Part shown: positions 48,110 to 56,880 of the stretch, one piece after another | Position numbering within the stretch: the first letter of the stretch is position 1 | Layout of the letters: each line of letters begins with the position of its first letter | Assembly (NCBI GenBank): GCA_050124835.1 | Contig: JASFEM010000004.1 | Coordinates: forward strand, 3,588-67,587 | Length of the DNA stretch: 64,000 bases | Direction of reading: 5' to 3' | Source: Syntrophobacterales bacterium | GTDB lineage: Bacteria > Desulfobacterota > Syntrophobacteria > BM002 | Program-made: the position numbers and the translations under genes | Notes under the pieces: generated by a model | Seen by the model: only the letters and a program-made list of their open reading frames with translations | Database searches by the model: none | Told to the model about the DNA's origin: nothing

Positions 48110-49786
48110 ATGTTTCGTCCACAACCCAAATCGTACGGTGGAACCTTCTCTTACAGAACCCGGATCGCCAACCTTAAAAGGATGCAGGAGGAGGAGTTTG
48201 ACCTCGTCGTGATTGGCGGGGGTGTTACAGGTGCTGCTATCGCAAGGGACGCGGCCATGCGCGGCATGAAAGTGGCACTCATTGAAAAGATAGATTTTGC
48301 CAGTGGTACCAGCAGCAAGTCTTCAAGGATGATCCACGGGGGACTGCGCTACCTGAAACAGCTAGATATCGGTCTGGTGAAGGAATCGCTGTCTGAACGG
48401 GAGAAACTTCTTCATCTGGCACCCCACCTGGTTCACCCGGCCCCTTACTTAATCCCCATCTATTCAGGCTGGCTAGGGCGTCTTGAGCTGCACATAGGGA
48501 TGCACGGCTACGATTTATTGGCCCGCGACAGTTCTCTGGGACGCCACCGCAACCTGTCGCCCCAGGAAGTCTTGCACGAAGAACCCCTGCTTCGTGAGGA
48601 AAACCTCTCTGGGGGCTTCATTTATTATGACTGCCTGGTAAACGATTCTCGGCTCACCCTTGCTATTGTGAAATCCGCACACGAAAACGGCGCGGTGGTG
48701 GCCAATTACACCCAGGCTATTGGTTTCGGCCTGGATAAAAAACCCCTTCGCGAGGTGAGATTTCGCGAGATCTTGAAGGGTAAGGAGGGGGTAATTCGCA
48801 CCCGAGTGGTGGTGGTTGCGGCAGGGCACTGGACCGATGAACTCCTTCAACGTCATGACCACCCAGGACCCACCCTCCGCCCCACCAAGGGTGTCCACCT
48901 GGTCTTTCCCAAAAATCGACTTAAGGTGAACAAGATTGTCGTGGTGCCCACTGCGGACAAACGCATGATCTTCGTAGTTCCCCTGGGTGAATACGCCTAT
49001 GTTGGAACGACCGACACCGACTATACAGGCTCACTCGATACTGTGCTTGTGGATGATACTGATGTAACTTACCTTCTAGACGCGATAAATCAATGTTTTC
49101 CATCGCTGAATTTGCGCCCCACCGACATCGTCTCTTCCTGGGCCGGACTCCGGCCCCTCACTAAAGAGGAAGGTGCCCCCTCTAAGGTGAGCCGCGACTA
49201 TCACGTTGACTTATACGACGATGGGCTTGCACTCATCACCGGGGGCAAACTGACCACCCATCGCACCATGGCCAAAAGTCTCGTTGACCAGGTACTGAAG
49301 CGCTACGACGACCTCCTAGAGGGTGACTTCAGCCCGTGCAGTACGGCAGAGACTCCCCTCGTGGGCGGGGAGATGGCCGATTTTCCCTCTTATCTCAAAG
49401 CGCAATCCCTAGGTCTAAAGGACCGGTGGGGTCTCTCTCAAATCAATGTGGAGCATCTGATTCATAGCTACGGCCGAAATCATATGGATATTCTTGCCCT
49501 GGGACTCAGAAATCGAAAGCTGCTGGAACCATTGGGTCCGGGCTGCCGGGTGATTAGAGCACAGGTAATCTATGCCGTTGAAGACGAAATGGCCCTCACC
49601 CTAGAGGATTTTATGAGCAGGAGAACAAGCCTCATCTATTTCAATGGTCAGCAAGATCTTGCTTCGACCGCAGCCAAACTCATGGGCAGAGTGCTGGGTT
49701 GGAACCGCACCCGCCGGTTAGCTGAAATTCGCAAATACCGAGAAACAGTTCAACAGATGTTCAACTTCAGATCAGCGTTAGCATAA
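48110..49786 (+). CDS. FAD-dependent glycerol-3-phosphate dehydrogenase (GlpA/GlpD family)
   Basis: DLVVIGGGVTGAAIARDAAMRGMKVALIEKIDFASGTSSKSSRMIHGGLRYL is the GlpD signature N-terminus. The start codon abuts the stop of the upstream gene. Confidence 0.8.
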   Translation: MFRPQPKSYGGTFSYRTRIANLKRMQEEEFDLVVIGGGVTGAAIARDAAMRGMKVALIEKIDFASGTSSKSSRMIHGGLRYLKQLDIGLVKESLSEREKLLHLAPHLVHPAPYLIPIYSGWLGRLELHIGMHGYDLLARDSSLGRHRNLSPQEVLHEEPLLREENLSGGFIYYDCLVNDSRLTLAIVKSAHENGAVVANYTQAIGFGLDKKPLREVRFREILKGKEGVIRTRVVVVAAGHWTDELLQRHDHPGPTLRPTKGVHLVFPKNRLKVNKIVVVPTADKRMIFVVPLGEYAYVGTTDTDYTGSLDTVLVDDTDVTYLLDAINQCFPSLNLRPTDIVSSWAGLRPLTKEEGAPSKVSRDYHVDLYDDGLALITGGKLTTHRTMAKSLVDQVLKRYDDLLEGDFSPCSTAETPLVGGEMADFPSYLKAQSLGLKDRWGLSQINVEHLIHSYGRNHMDILALGLRNRKLLEPLGPGCRVIRAQVIYAVEDEMALTLEDFMSRRTSLIYFNGQQDLASTAAKLMGRVLGWNRTRRLAEIRKYRETVQQMFNFRSALA

Positions 49787-49982
49787 CTTGTATCACAAAA
49801 ATATCTATGTCTTTTATCTCTCACAGAGATCACAACCGGCTTATAATCCATTGTTTACCAATAACTAGGCAGTAGGCACATAAAACTTGCCTCTTAGAGC
49901 TAGTCTGTTACTCTAGAGCTTTCGGCATTTGCGCCTGACAATTTCTTTCAAACAGTAAACAAATAGTTGTTTGTATTTTTTT

Positions 49983-50014
49983 GTGCTTAGTGCTTAGTGT
50001 TTAGTGGTTAGTTA
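49983..50014. repeat. heptamer tandem array (GCTTAGT/TTAGTGN)x4
   Basis: The sequence reads GTGCTTA GTGCTTA GTGTTTA GTGGTTA GTTA. Confidence 0.75.
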
Positions 50015-50099
50015 TCGAGCGACCCGGAGATCGCCGAAGCAAAGAGTGGGCGAGAGGATAGATAATAATAACAGAACATAGGTCTTGTGATCTGGTGGT

Positions 50100-51074
50100 A
50101 TGAATAGTCGACAGAGATTCTTAGAAACGATGCGTTATGGCAAGCCCGACCGGGTGCCCTACTTCGAGGAGGGCATACGGAAAGATGTCCTCAAAGCATG
50201 GCGGCGCCAGGGCTTACCGGCTCAGGCTGATCTTGCTCAAATGTTTCCTTCCGACAGGCGTGAGGTGATAGAGGCAGACTTGGATCCCCGTCCCAAGCTT
50301 AAGAAGTGGCCCACCTCACGGTCCGAAATCAACACACTGCGGAAACACCTCGATCCATACACTCGAGGCCGTTTGCCCTGGGGCTGGTCCAAGCGGGTTC
50401 GCGGTTGGCAGAATCGTGAGCATGTACTGATGCTGCGGGTTCACCGTGGCTTTTTCCTTTCCATGGGTGTGTATGACTGGCGCAGATTCGACGAGTTGAT
50501 GGACCTGCTCATAGATGATCCTGAATTTGTGCGTGAAGCCATGGCCGTCCAGGGTGAATTCGCCGCTGGTCTCACGGAACGGGTGCTGCGGGACGTTGAA
50601 ATCGATGCGGCTTTGTTCAGTGAACCCATCGGAGGAAATGACCAACCCTTGATCGGGCCCCAGATGTATGAAGAGCTCGTGCTGACCAGCTATGAGCCGG
50701 TTCTGGCGGTATTGAAGAAATATGGGGTGGAAAACATAGTCTTTGTGACTTACGCCAATGCCCGAATATTGCTGCCGAGCATTCTAAAGTGGGGGTTTAA
50801 CTGCCTCTGGGCCTGCGAGGTGAATATAGAGGCAATGGACTATCGCGATCTGCGCCGGGAGTTCGGTGGTGATCTCCGGTTGATCGGGGGTATAGATCTG
50901 GACGCACTTCGGCGTGATAAGGATGCAATCAAACGTGAAGTCGAGCAGAAAGTACCCCCCCTCCTTGCCGACGGTGGCTACGTGCCTCTGGCAGATGGCA
51001 GGGTTCGGGCGGATGTGCCTTATGAAAATTACGTCTACTATCGGCAGTTATTGGAGCAGGTGACAAGGGCGTAA
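50100..51074 (+). CDS. uroporphyrinogen decarboxylase (URO-D) family protein
   Basis: The N-terminus RFLETMRYGKPDRVPYF and overall length match the URO-D/MtaA-like superfamily. The specific substrate is not inferable. Confidence 0.55.
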   Translation: MNSRQRFLETMRYGKPDRVPYFEEGIRKDVLKAWRRQGLPAQADLAQMFPSDRREVIEADLDPRPKLKKWPTSRSEINTLRKHLDPYTRGRLPWGWSKRVRGWQNREHVLMLRVHRGFFLSMGVYDWRRFDELMDLLIDDPEFVREAMAVQGEFAAGLTERVLRDVEIDAALFSEPIGGNDQPLIGPQMYEELVLTSYEPVLAVLKKYGVENIVFVTYANARILLPSILKWGFNCLWACEVNIEAMDYRDLRREFGGDLRLIGGIDLDALRRDKDAIKREVEQKVPPLLADGGYVPLADGRVRADVPYENYVYYRQLLEQVTRA

Positions 51075-51263
51075 TCCCGGTCGCAGCGAGAGGATCACCA
51101 GGCACTGGGGGGCAACGCGGTGAAACGGCGAGACGGAGACGCGGCGAAAATGCCAGCAAATTGAGAGGGATTCAGTTTTGATGGCTTTTCCCCTGACTAC
51201 TGGATTCTGACTCCTGGCTCCTTCCGCTATGAAACTCTACCGACTGAATAAGACTGATTAAGA

Positions 51264-52085
51264 ATGTGGACACCTATGAACACCACAGATGGTTTATTGA
51301 CAGAGGAATATTATATTAAAGCGGCCGGACATCGGCTTCGTGTGCGAAAGCTTTTGCACCCCAACAGTGATAAAAAGAATGCAGGCCCAACTTTGGTGTT
51401 TCTCCACGAGGCATTGGGTTCTATTGAACAGTGGCGAGACTTTCCCTCTATCCTGGTGGAGGCAACAGGCTTCGATGCATTGTTATATGACCGCTGGGGC
51501 CATGGAAAATCTGATCCGCTCGATGCAAAAAGAACGCTCCGCTATGTCCATGATGAAGCCTTGGACAGTCTGCCTGAAGTTCTGAAAAAATCCAACGTCC
51601 ATGATGCGATCCTCATCGGTCACAGCGATGGTGGCTCCATTGCCCTGATATTCGCGGCAGATTATCCACAGCTAGCCCGCGGTGTCGTTTCTGAGGCCGC
51701 ACATGTTTTTGTGGAAGAGATTACCTTGGAAGGAATTAAAGACGTCGTCAACAAATACGAAACGACGAACTTGGTTGAAAGGCTGTCACGTTATCACGGT
51801 GATAATACAGAAAAGATTTTTAGAGCTTGGCATGAGACCTGGCTCTCTGCTGAATTCAAACGTTGGAATATTGAGAATTGTCTTCCCCGAATCAAGTGTC
51901 CAGTATTGGTAATACAAGGTGAAGACGACCAATATGGCACTGAAGCTCAGGTTGAAGCCATCGCATCACAGGTATCCGGACCGTCCAAGTCTTTGCTAAT
52001 TCCAAATTGTTCTCACATACCTCACAAACAAGCCAAAGACATAGTTGTTCAAGAAATGACAGATTTCATTCTCAAGATCCTTTAG
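51264..52085 (+). CDS. alpha/beta-fold hydrolase
   Basis: Nucleophile elbow GHSDGG, with the acid in GEDDQYG and the His in SHIP. Confidence 0.7.
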   Translation: MWTPMNTTDGLLTEEYYIKAAGHRLRVRKLLHPNSDKKNAGPTLVFLHEALGSIEQWRDFPSILVEATGFDALLYDRWGHGKSDPLDAKRTLRYVHDEALDSLPEVLKKSNVHDAILIGHSDGGSIALIFAADYPQLARGVVSEAAHVFVEEITLEGIKDVVNKYETTNLVERLSRYHGDNTEKIFRAWHETWLSAEFKRWNIENCLPRIKCPVLVIQGEDDQYGTEAQVEAIASQVSGPSKSLLIPNCSHIPHKQAKDIVVQEMTDFILKIL

Positions 52086-52092
52086 GAACCAT

Positions 52093-52153
52093 TAAGGAAT
52101 TGAGGGATTGGGGGATTACGGAATTAATCAGTCAAGACTCTAATTCCTTAATT
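52093..52153. repeat. degenerate 8-nt array (NNGGRATT)x4 plus short inverted partner
   Basis: AAGGAATT GAGGGATT GGGGGATT ACGGAATT, then AATTCCTTAATT. It lies between the hydrolase and fabH. Confidence 0.55.
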
Positions 52154-52170
52154 AGAGTGGAAGGAAAGCT

Positions 52171-53175
52171 ATGAGACGGGCAAGAATTTTGGGTGTAGGC
52201 ATGTACCTGCCGGAACGGCAGGTCCCCAACATGGAACTTGAAAACATCAAAGAACTCGAGACCTCCGATGAATGGATTCGACAACGCACCGGCATCAACT
52301 TTCGGCACTTCGTCTCTGAGGGTGAATCTGGCACTGACCTTGCCGTACACGCCTCAAAGCAAGCCATTATAGAAGCTGCACTGACCCCGGAGGACATTGA
52401 CTTCATTATCTATGCCACTCTAAGCCCGGACTACTTTTTCCCCGGCAACGGCTGTTTTTTGCAGGACAGGCTTTTTCCCGATAGAACCATCGGTGCCATG
52501 GACGTCCGCACCCAGTGTTGCGGCTTCATTTATAGCCTTGCCATGGCAGACAGCTTAATCAAGAGTGGCCATTATGATCACATTCTTGTGGTTGGTACGG
52601 AGGTCCACTCCACAGCCTTGGACTTTACTTCTAGAGGTCGGGATGTAACTGTACTTTTCGGCGATGGGGCGGGAGCAGTGGTGGTTGGCCCGGCCCCGGA
52701 TGGCCATCCAGGCATACTCACCACCGCCATGCACTCGGAGGGGAAATATGCCAGAGAACTCTGGACAGAGTATCCGGCCAGCGCACACAATCCGAGGCTC
52801 AGCCATGAAGCGCTGGAACAAGGCAGGCATTACCCTAAAATGAACGGACGCATGGTCTTTAAGCATGCGGTCACCAGGATGGTAGAAGTCAGTCATGAGG
52901 TCTTAGCAAAAGCGGGTCGAACGGTGGATGATATCGACCTGTTTCTGCCCCACCAGGCGAACCTCCGTATCAACCAGATGGTAGCTTCTCAGCTGGGCAT
53001 TCAGGAGGAGAAGATGGTAAACACCATCTCCTGGACCGGCAACACCACAGCTGCCACCATTCCCATTTGTATGCATGAAGCACTAAGGCAGGATAAATTG
53101 GCAGAAAACAATCTTGTCCTACTCACAGCCTTCGGGGCTGGCTTTACGTGGGCAGCCTCGCTATTGCACTGGTAA
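52171..53175 (+). CDS. fabH: 3-oxoacyl-ACP synthase III
   Basis: The N-terminus RILGVGMYLPERQV, an active-site Cys region (MDVRTQCCGF) and an H/N catalytic region (HQANLRIN ... WTGNTTAATIP). Confidence 0.8.
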   Translation: MRRARILGVGMYLPERQVPNMELENIKELETSDEWIRQRTGINFRHFVSEGESGTDLAVHASKQAIIEAALTPEDIDFIIYATLSPDYFFPGNGCFLQDRLFPDRTIGAMDVRTQCCGFIYSLAMADSLIKSGHYDHILVVGTEVHSTALDFTSRGRDVTVLFGDGAGAVVVGPAPDGHPGILTTAMHSEGKYARELWTEYPASAHNPRLSHEALEQGRHYPKMNGRMVFKHAVTRMVEVSHEVLAKAGRTVDDIDLFLPHQANLRINQMVASQLGIQEEKMVNTISWTGNTTAATIPICMHEALRQDKLAENNLVLLTAFGAGFTWAASLLHW

Positions 53176-53250
53176 TAAACTCGCTCGCTTATCACGAAGC
53201 GGTTTATTCCTTATACCTTGTGCCTTGCACCTTATATCTAGTACCGTACT

Positions 53251-55404
53251 TTGCACCGAAGTTGGAGACGCTCGATGAGCATCCGGTGGAAATTTTTGAT
53301 TATTCTCCTGGTTTTCAGTCTTACGCCTTTACTCTTGGTCACTGCCGTGAGTCAGAAGGTCACAATCAACCTGGGTGAGACCATCTCCAATTTGGCGAAG
53401 CGTACCCGCACCGAAATCGTCAGTAAAGAGCTGCAGCAGACCGCCAGAGACCATGCCAAGATACTGGGTCGCGAAAAGGAAATCTTGGAGCTTACCCTGA
53501 GGATTATAGCCAGAGATGCCAAACGTGTTTTGTCCGAGAAACCAAAAGCCACTCCCAGAGTCTATTTCGCCGATGACTATGACAATTCTCGTAGGGCCCC
53601 CGGTGATCTGAGCCGCTCGCCACAACATCTTAGGGAAGCGTCAGGTGGTGGCACCGAACCCATGCCCGTAAGCATGGGGCATCAGGTCTTCTGGCTTCCC
53701 TCCAACCTCGATAGAAGGGTCGTGGCAAAAGACATTGCCAGACTGGCACAGTTGCTTCCTCTGCACCAAGAATTCGAACGTCGGTATGGAGACATTCTCT
53801 ATTGGCAATACGTTAGCCTCAATAGCGGTGTTCACGCCGCTTTCCCTGGTCATGGGGGTTATTCGCCGGACTATACCCCACAGAGGCGACCGTGGTTCAT
53901 TCTCGCCAAGGAAAGAAAAGAGTTGGCTTGGTCCACCCCTTACATCGACGCCACTTCCCACCAGGTTATTATGACCGCTTCAATACCCGTTCATCACCCA
54001 GACGGCACCTTTGCCGGAGTTGCCGCCATTGACGTGCTCGTTTCTAAAATTTTGCAAGTCCATGAGCTCTCTTCCCAGTGGTCGCCGGCCATGCGCTCTT
54101 TTCTCGTCTGGTCGGGCATAAACAGCAAAACCGGCGAATCCGGCCTTTGGGTTCTCGCCCAGAAAGATTACGTTGAGCATGCAGCTGCTTGGACCGGCGT
54201 TACCCAGCTGGAGCGGTTGGCCTCTTCAGACGCTCAAAAGATGAGTCGACTCTCTAGTGGGATTGAAACCAGGACATCTGGCTATCTGGACATGCCGTAT
54301 TATGGGGTGGACTCCATCTGGGCATACGCTCACGCGGTCGAGGATGTAAGTCTAGTACTCATCGTTCCACACAAGATAATCCTGGAACAGGTTAAACAAA
54401 TTCGAGAAGCCGTGCTGTCCTTGGCCAAAAGACACTGGCTGATTACGGGGATAACCGCCACCGCTGTAATTCTCTTTCTGATCCTAGCGGCTTTTTGGTT
54501 TTCCCGAGCAATGATCAGGCCTATGTTCGTCATGGTTGAGGCGGTCAGAAAACTTGCTGTGGGCGACTTTTCCGCACGGATGCATATAGCCACCGGAGAT
54601 GAGCGAGACCTGGTAGCCGATACCTTCAACGAAATGGTCCCTAAGCTCGAAGATAGAATGCATATCCGCAAAGCCCTCGAAGTCGCCCAGGAGGTGCAAC
54701 AGAACCTCCTGCCCGAAGAAATTCCCAAAGTGCCAGGCTTTGACATCTCGGCGAAAAGTGTTTATTGCGACGAAACGGGCGGAGATTACTTTGACTTCTT
54801 CCCTAGTGGAGATGAGGACTCTGCTCGCACCGGCGTTTTGGTGGGTGACGTAACCGGCCACGGTATTGGGGCGGCTTTACTCATGGCTACAGCCCGAGCG
54901 CTCATAAGAGGTCTTGCCAGCAAGCAACAAAATCTAGCCGAGTGTGTCAGCCAGGTCAACAGGCTCCTAACTGCTGACGTCCGTCAGAGTGGCAATTTCA
55001 TGACCCTGTTTTTTCTCGAGCTTGAGGTGGGATCACGCCTTGTCAGGTGGGTTAGGGCAGGACACGACCCTGCTATCTTATACGATCCAGCAACCGAGTC
55101 CTTCGAAGAGCTCAAGGGATCCGGTCTGGTCTTGGGAGTTGACGAAGACTATTCATACCAACAGATCGAAAAGACCATCGAGACCGCCGGAACCATCATA
55201 CTCGTCGGCACGGACGGCATCTGGGAGGCTCATAACGGAGATGGAGAGATGTTCGGTAAAGCCCGCCTTTATGAAATAATCCGGATAAATGCTCGCAAGA
55301 CCGCTGAGGAAATTCAAGACGCGGTGTTGGAAGCACTCAGCGATTTTCGTGGGGATGTCGCCCAGGAAGATGATGTTACCATTGTGGTGATCAAGGTACT
55401 TTAG
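53251..55404 (+). CDS. membrane sensor with extracytoplasmic Cache-like domain, HAMP and PP2C/SpoIIE-type Ser/Thr phosphatase domain
   Basis: Two TM segments bracket a region of about 330 aa. HAMP-like AVRKLAVGDFSARM. The C-terminal PP2C motifs GGDYFDFF and GDVTGHGIGAAL...GTDGIWEA. Confidence 0.7.
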   Translation: MHRSWRRSMSIRWKFLIILLVFSLTPLLLVTAVSQKVTINLGETISNLAKRTRTEIVSKELQQTARDHAKILGREKEILELTLRIIARDAKRVLSEKPKATPRVYFADDYDNSRRAPGDLSRSPQHLREASGGGTEPMPVSMGHQVFWLPSNLDRRVVAKDIARLAQLLPLHQEFERRYGDILYWQYVSLNSGVHAAFPGHGGYSPDYTPQRRPWFILAKERKELAWSTPYIDATSHQVIMTASIPVHHPDGTFAGVAAIDVLVSKILQVHELSSQWSPAMRSFLVWSGINSKTGESGLWVLAQKDYVEHAAAWTGVTQLERLASSDAQKMSRLSSGIETRTSGYLDMPYYGVDSIWAYAHAVEDVSLVLIVPHKIILEQVKQIREAVLSLAKRHWLITGITATAVILFLILAAFWFSRAMIRPMFVMVEAVRKLAVGDFSARMHIATGDERDLVADTFNEMVPKLEDRMHIRKALEVAQEVQQNLLPEEIPKVPGFDISAKSVYCDETGGDYFDFFPSGDEDSARTGVLVGDVTGHGIGAALLMATARALIRGLASKQQNLAECVSQVNRLLTADVRQSGNFMTLFFLELEVGSRLVRWVRAGHDPAILYDPATESFEELKGSGLVLGVDEDYSYQQIEKTIETAGTIILVGTDGIWEAHNGDGEMFGKARLYEIIRINARKTAEEIQDAVLEALSDFRGDVAQEDDVTIVVIKVL

Positions 55405-55420
55405 ACGAGGCATAAAGTTG

Positions 55421-55445
55421 GTAGTCAGTAGCCAGTAGCCAGCAG
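55421..55445. repeat. heptamer tandem array (GTAGYCA)x3
   Basis: GTAGTCA GTAGCCA GTAGCCA GCAG. A second GCTGCCT-type 7-nt periodicity follows at 55534-55570, overlapping the 3-prime end of the next ORF. Confidence 0.6.
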
Positions 55446-55533
55446 AAAAAACTTCTTACTGATCCCTTATCACTGATCCTAGTGACCATTTCTTTCTCTT
55501 TTCGCCGGGTCCCCGTGTCGCTGGGTCACCGCG

Positions 55534-56151
55534 TCACTGCCTTGGCTGCCTGCTGCTGGCTGCCATCTGCCTGCTCATAATTCCCTTCTCCGTCTGCTGA
55601 AATGCTTCGCTGCTCCTTTCTCGCAGCCGACTCAATCTTCTCTGGTATTCACCCTTCCTGGAATAATCGGCCATCACCAGCAGATTTGCCTGGGCAATCC
55701 GATAAGCCCCAAGATTTGCGGCCTGGAGGAGATCGCAGACAACCAGTAGGTCCGAAAGTAGGTGGCCCTTGCAATGTTTCCCCACCTGGGAGACCGAGCT
55801 CAGACAGTGTTGGGCCGCCTCCATGATCTTCATGGGGCATTCGATTGCCTCCTCCAGGGCAGCAATGACCTCCCTTTCTCCGTCTCCAGAGTTTCGTGCT
55901 TCAGCGAAACGCAAGTAGGCGGCTCCGTCTTCCTCACGAAGTTGGAGGAAAACTTTTGCCGAGGTCCTTACCTCCTCGAGCAAATCACCCCATTTTGCGT
56001 TAGCCTCAGAACCGTCTCGTTGACGCTGACCCTCCACCCGAACTATTTTCTCGAGAAGCGCAAGCCCCAAGACGGCACCATGGGCCGCTGCGGCGCCGCC
56101 TCCTGGCACAACCTCAGGTTTCGCAAGAGCTTCTAGGAACGTGTCTTCCAT
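55534..56151 (-). CDS. formiminotransferase-cyclodeaminase C-terminal domain (cyclodeaminase / methenyl-THF cyclohydrolase-like) protein
   Basis: The PGGGAAAAHGAVLGLALLEKIV glycine-rich motif is the hallmark of FTCD_C. The C-terminal 20 aa or so are encoded by a heptamer-periodic stretch and may be artefactual. Confidence 0.6.
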   Translation of the reverse strand: MEDTFLEALAKPEVVPGGGAAAAHGAVLGLALLEKIVRVEGQRQRDGSEANAKWGDLLEEVRTSAKVFLQLREEDGAAYLRFAEARNSGDGEREVIAALEEAIECPMKIMEAAQHCLSSVSQVGKHCKGHLLSDLLVVCDLLQAANLGAYRIAQANLLVMADYSRKGEYQRRLSRLRERSSEAFQQTEKGIMSRQMAASSRQPRQ

Positions 56152-56766
56152 AAACGGTGCCTCGGGGGGAAAACCCCACCTTGCTTTTTAAAGGATTCGG
56201 TTTGCGGTTCCCCTTGGGAACCATACTAACAGTTAATTCTTAGTGATGTAACTCCCGGCAAAACTTTTGACTCCGTGTTGCATTCTTCCAACACCTGAGG
56301 TGATTACCCAACATTTTTTCACCCGGCCTTGAGTGCAAGCTAGACGGCACCAAGTAGACTAAGTCATTAAAAAATCTCAATAATTTTCCAAAAACAGTAA
56401 TTGGCATGTTTCTTGTTTTAGGAGCAGGGTCGTTTATTGGCTTCTACCAGTATGGGTTTGGATTGAAACGAAAGGAAATGCAGATGAAGACTGACCTGCA
56501 ACATATATTGAATCCTTTGAAACTATGGAGCCGATTTGGTGGCAATTTCACCCAAGTCTTTAAGCTATACGAAACCTACTGCTGGAAACCTTTCTTGAGG
56601 AGATGGCTCAGCAAAGACTTGAAGGCTTAGGGTCAATTTGTGAATAACGTCCATAACATAGGAGTAGAGAATCCAGGTCCAGATAACTTGACTTTGAGCT
56701 GCCCCAAGGGGAAGGCACAGGGCTCAAGGTACCTGCTAAAATGAATCTTGAATACTCTTTTCTTCC

Positions 56767-56801
56767 CTGCGCCTTACGCCTTCAGCCTTATGCCTTGAAT
56801 C
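56767..56801. repeat. heptamer tandem array (GCCTTAN)x5
   Basis: CTGCGCC TTACGCC TTCAGCC TTATGCC TTGAATC. Same family as 20133-20164. Confidence 0.7.
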
Positions 56802-56832
56802 TCTTCTACCGGCAAAGCCATTGAAACTTGAC

Positions 56833-56880
56833 CTGGCCCAAAGGACCAGGTTTCCAGGACTACAATGAGGTGAGAGTATC
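56833..56880 (+). promoter_or_regulatory. second copy of the conserved leader motif CCTGGCCCAAAGGACCAGGTTTCCAGGAC..AATGAG
   Basis: Near-identical to 32776-32811. Here the AATGAG opens a 2-codon uORF (ATG AGG TGA) 16 nt upstream of the main ATG at 56881. Confidence 0.5.

Noticed and set aside
56406-56630. 74-aa ORF in the 730-nt gap
   Set aside because: There is no RBS and no recognisable domain. It may still be a small protein, but there is no positive evidence.
56833-56860. Sigma-54 (-24/-12) promoter in the conserved leader motif
   Set aside because: The motif has TGGCCC but no GG-N10-GC spacing to a TTGC element, so it is better described as a 6-3-6 palindrome.
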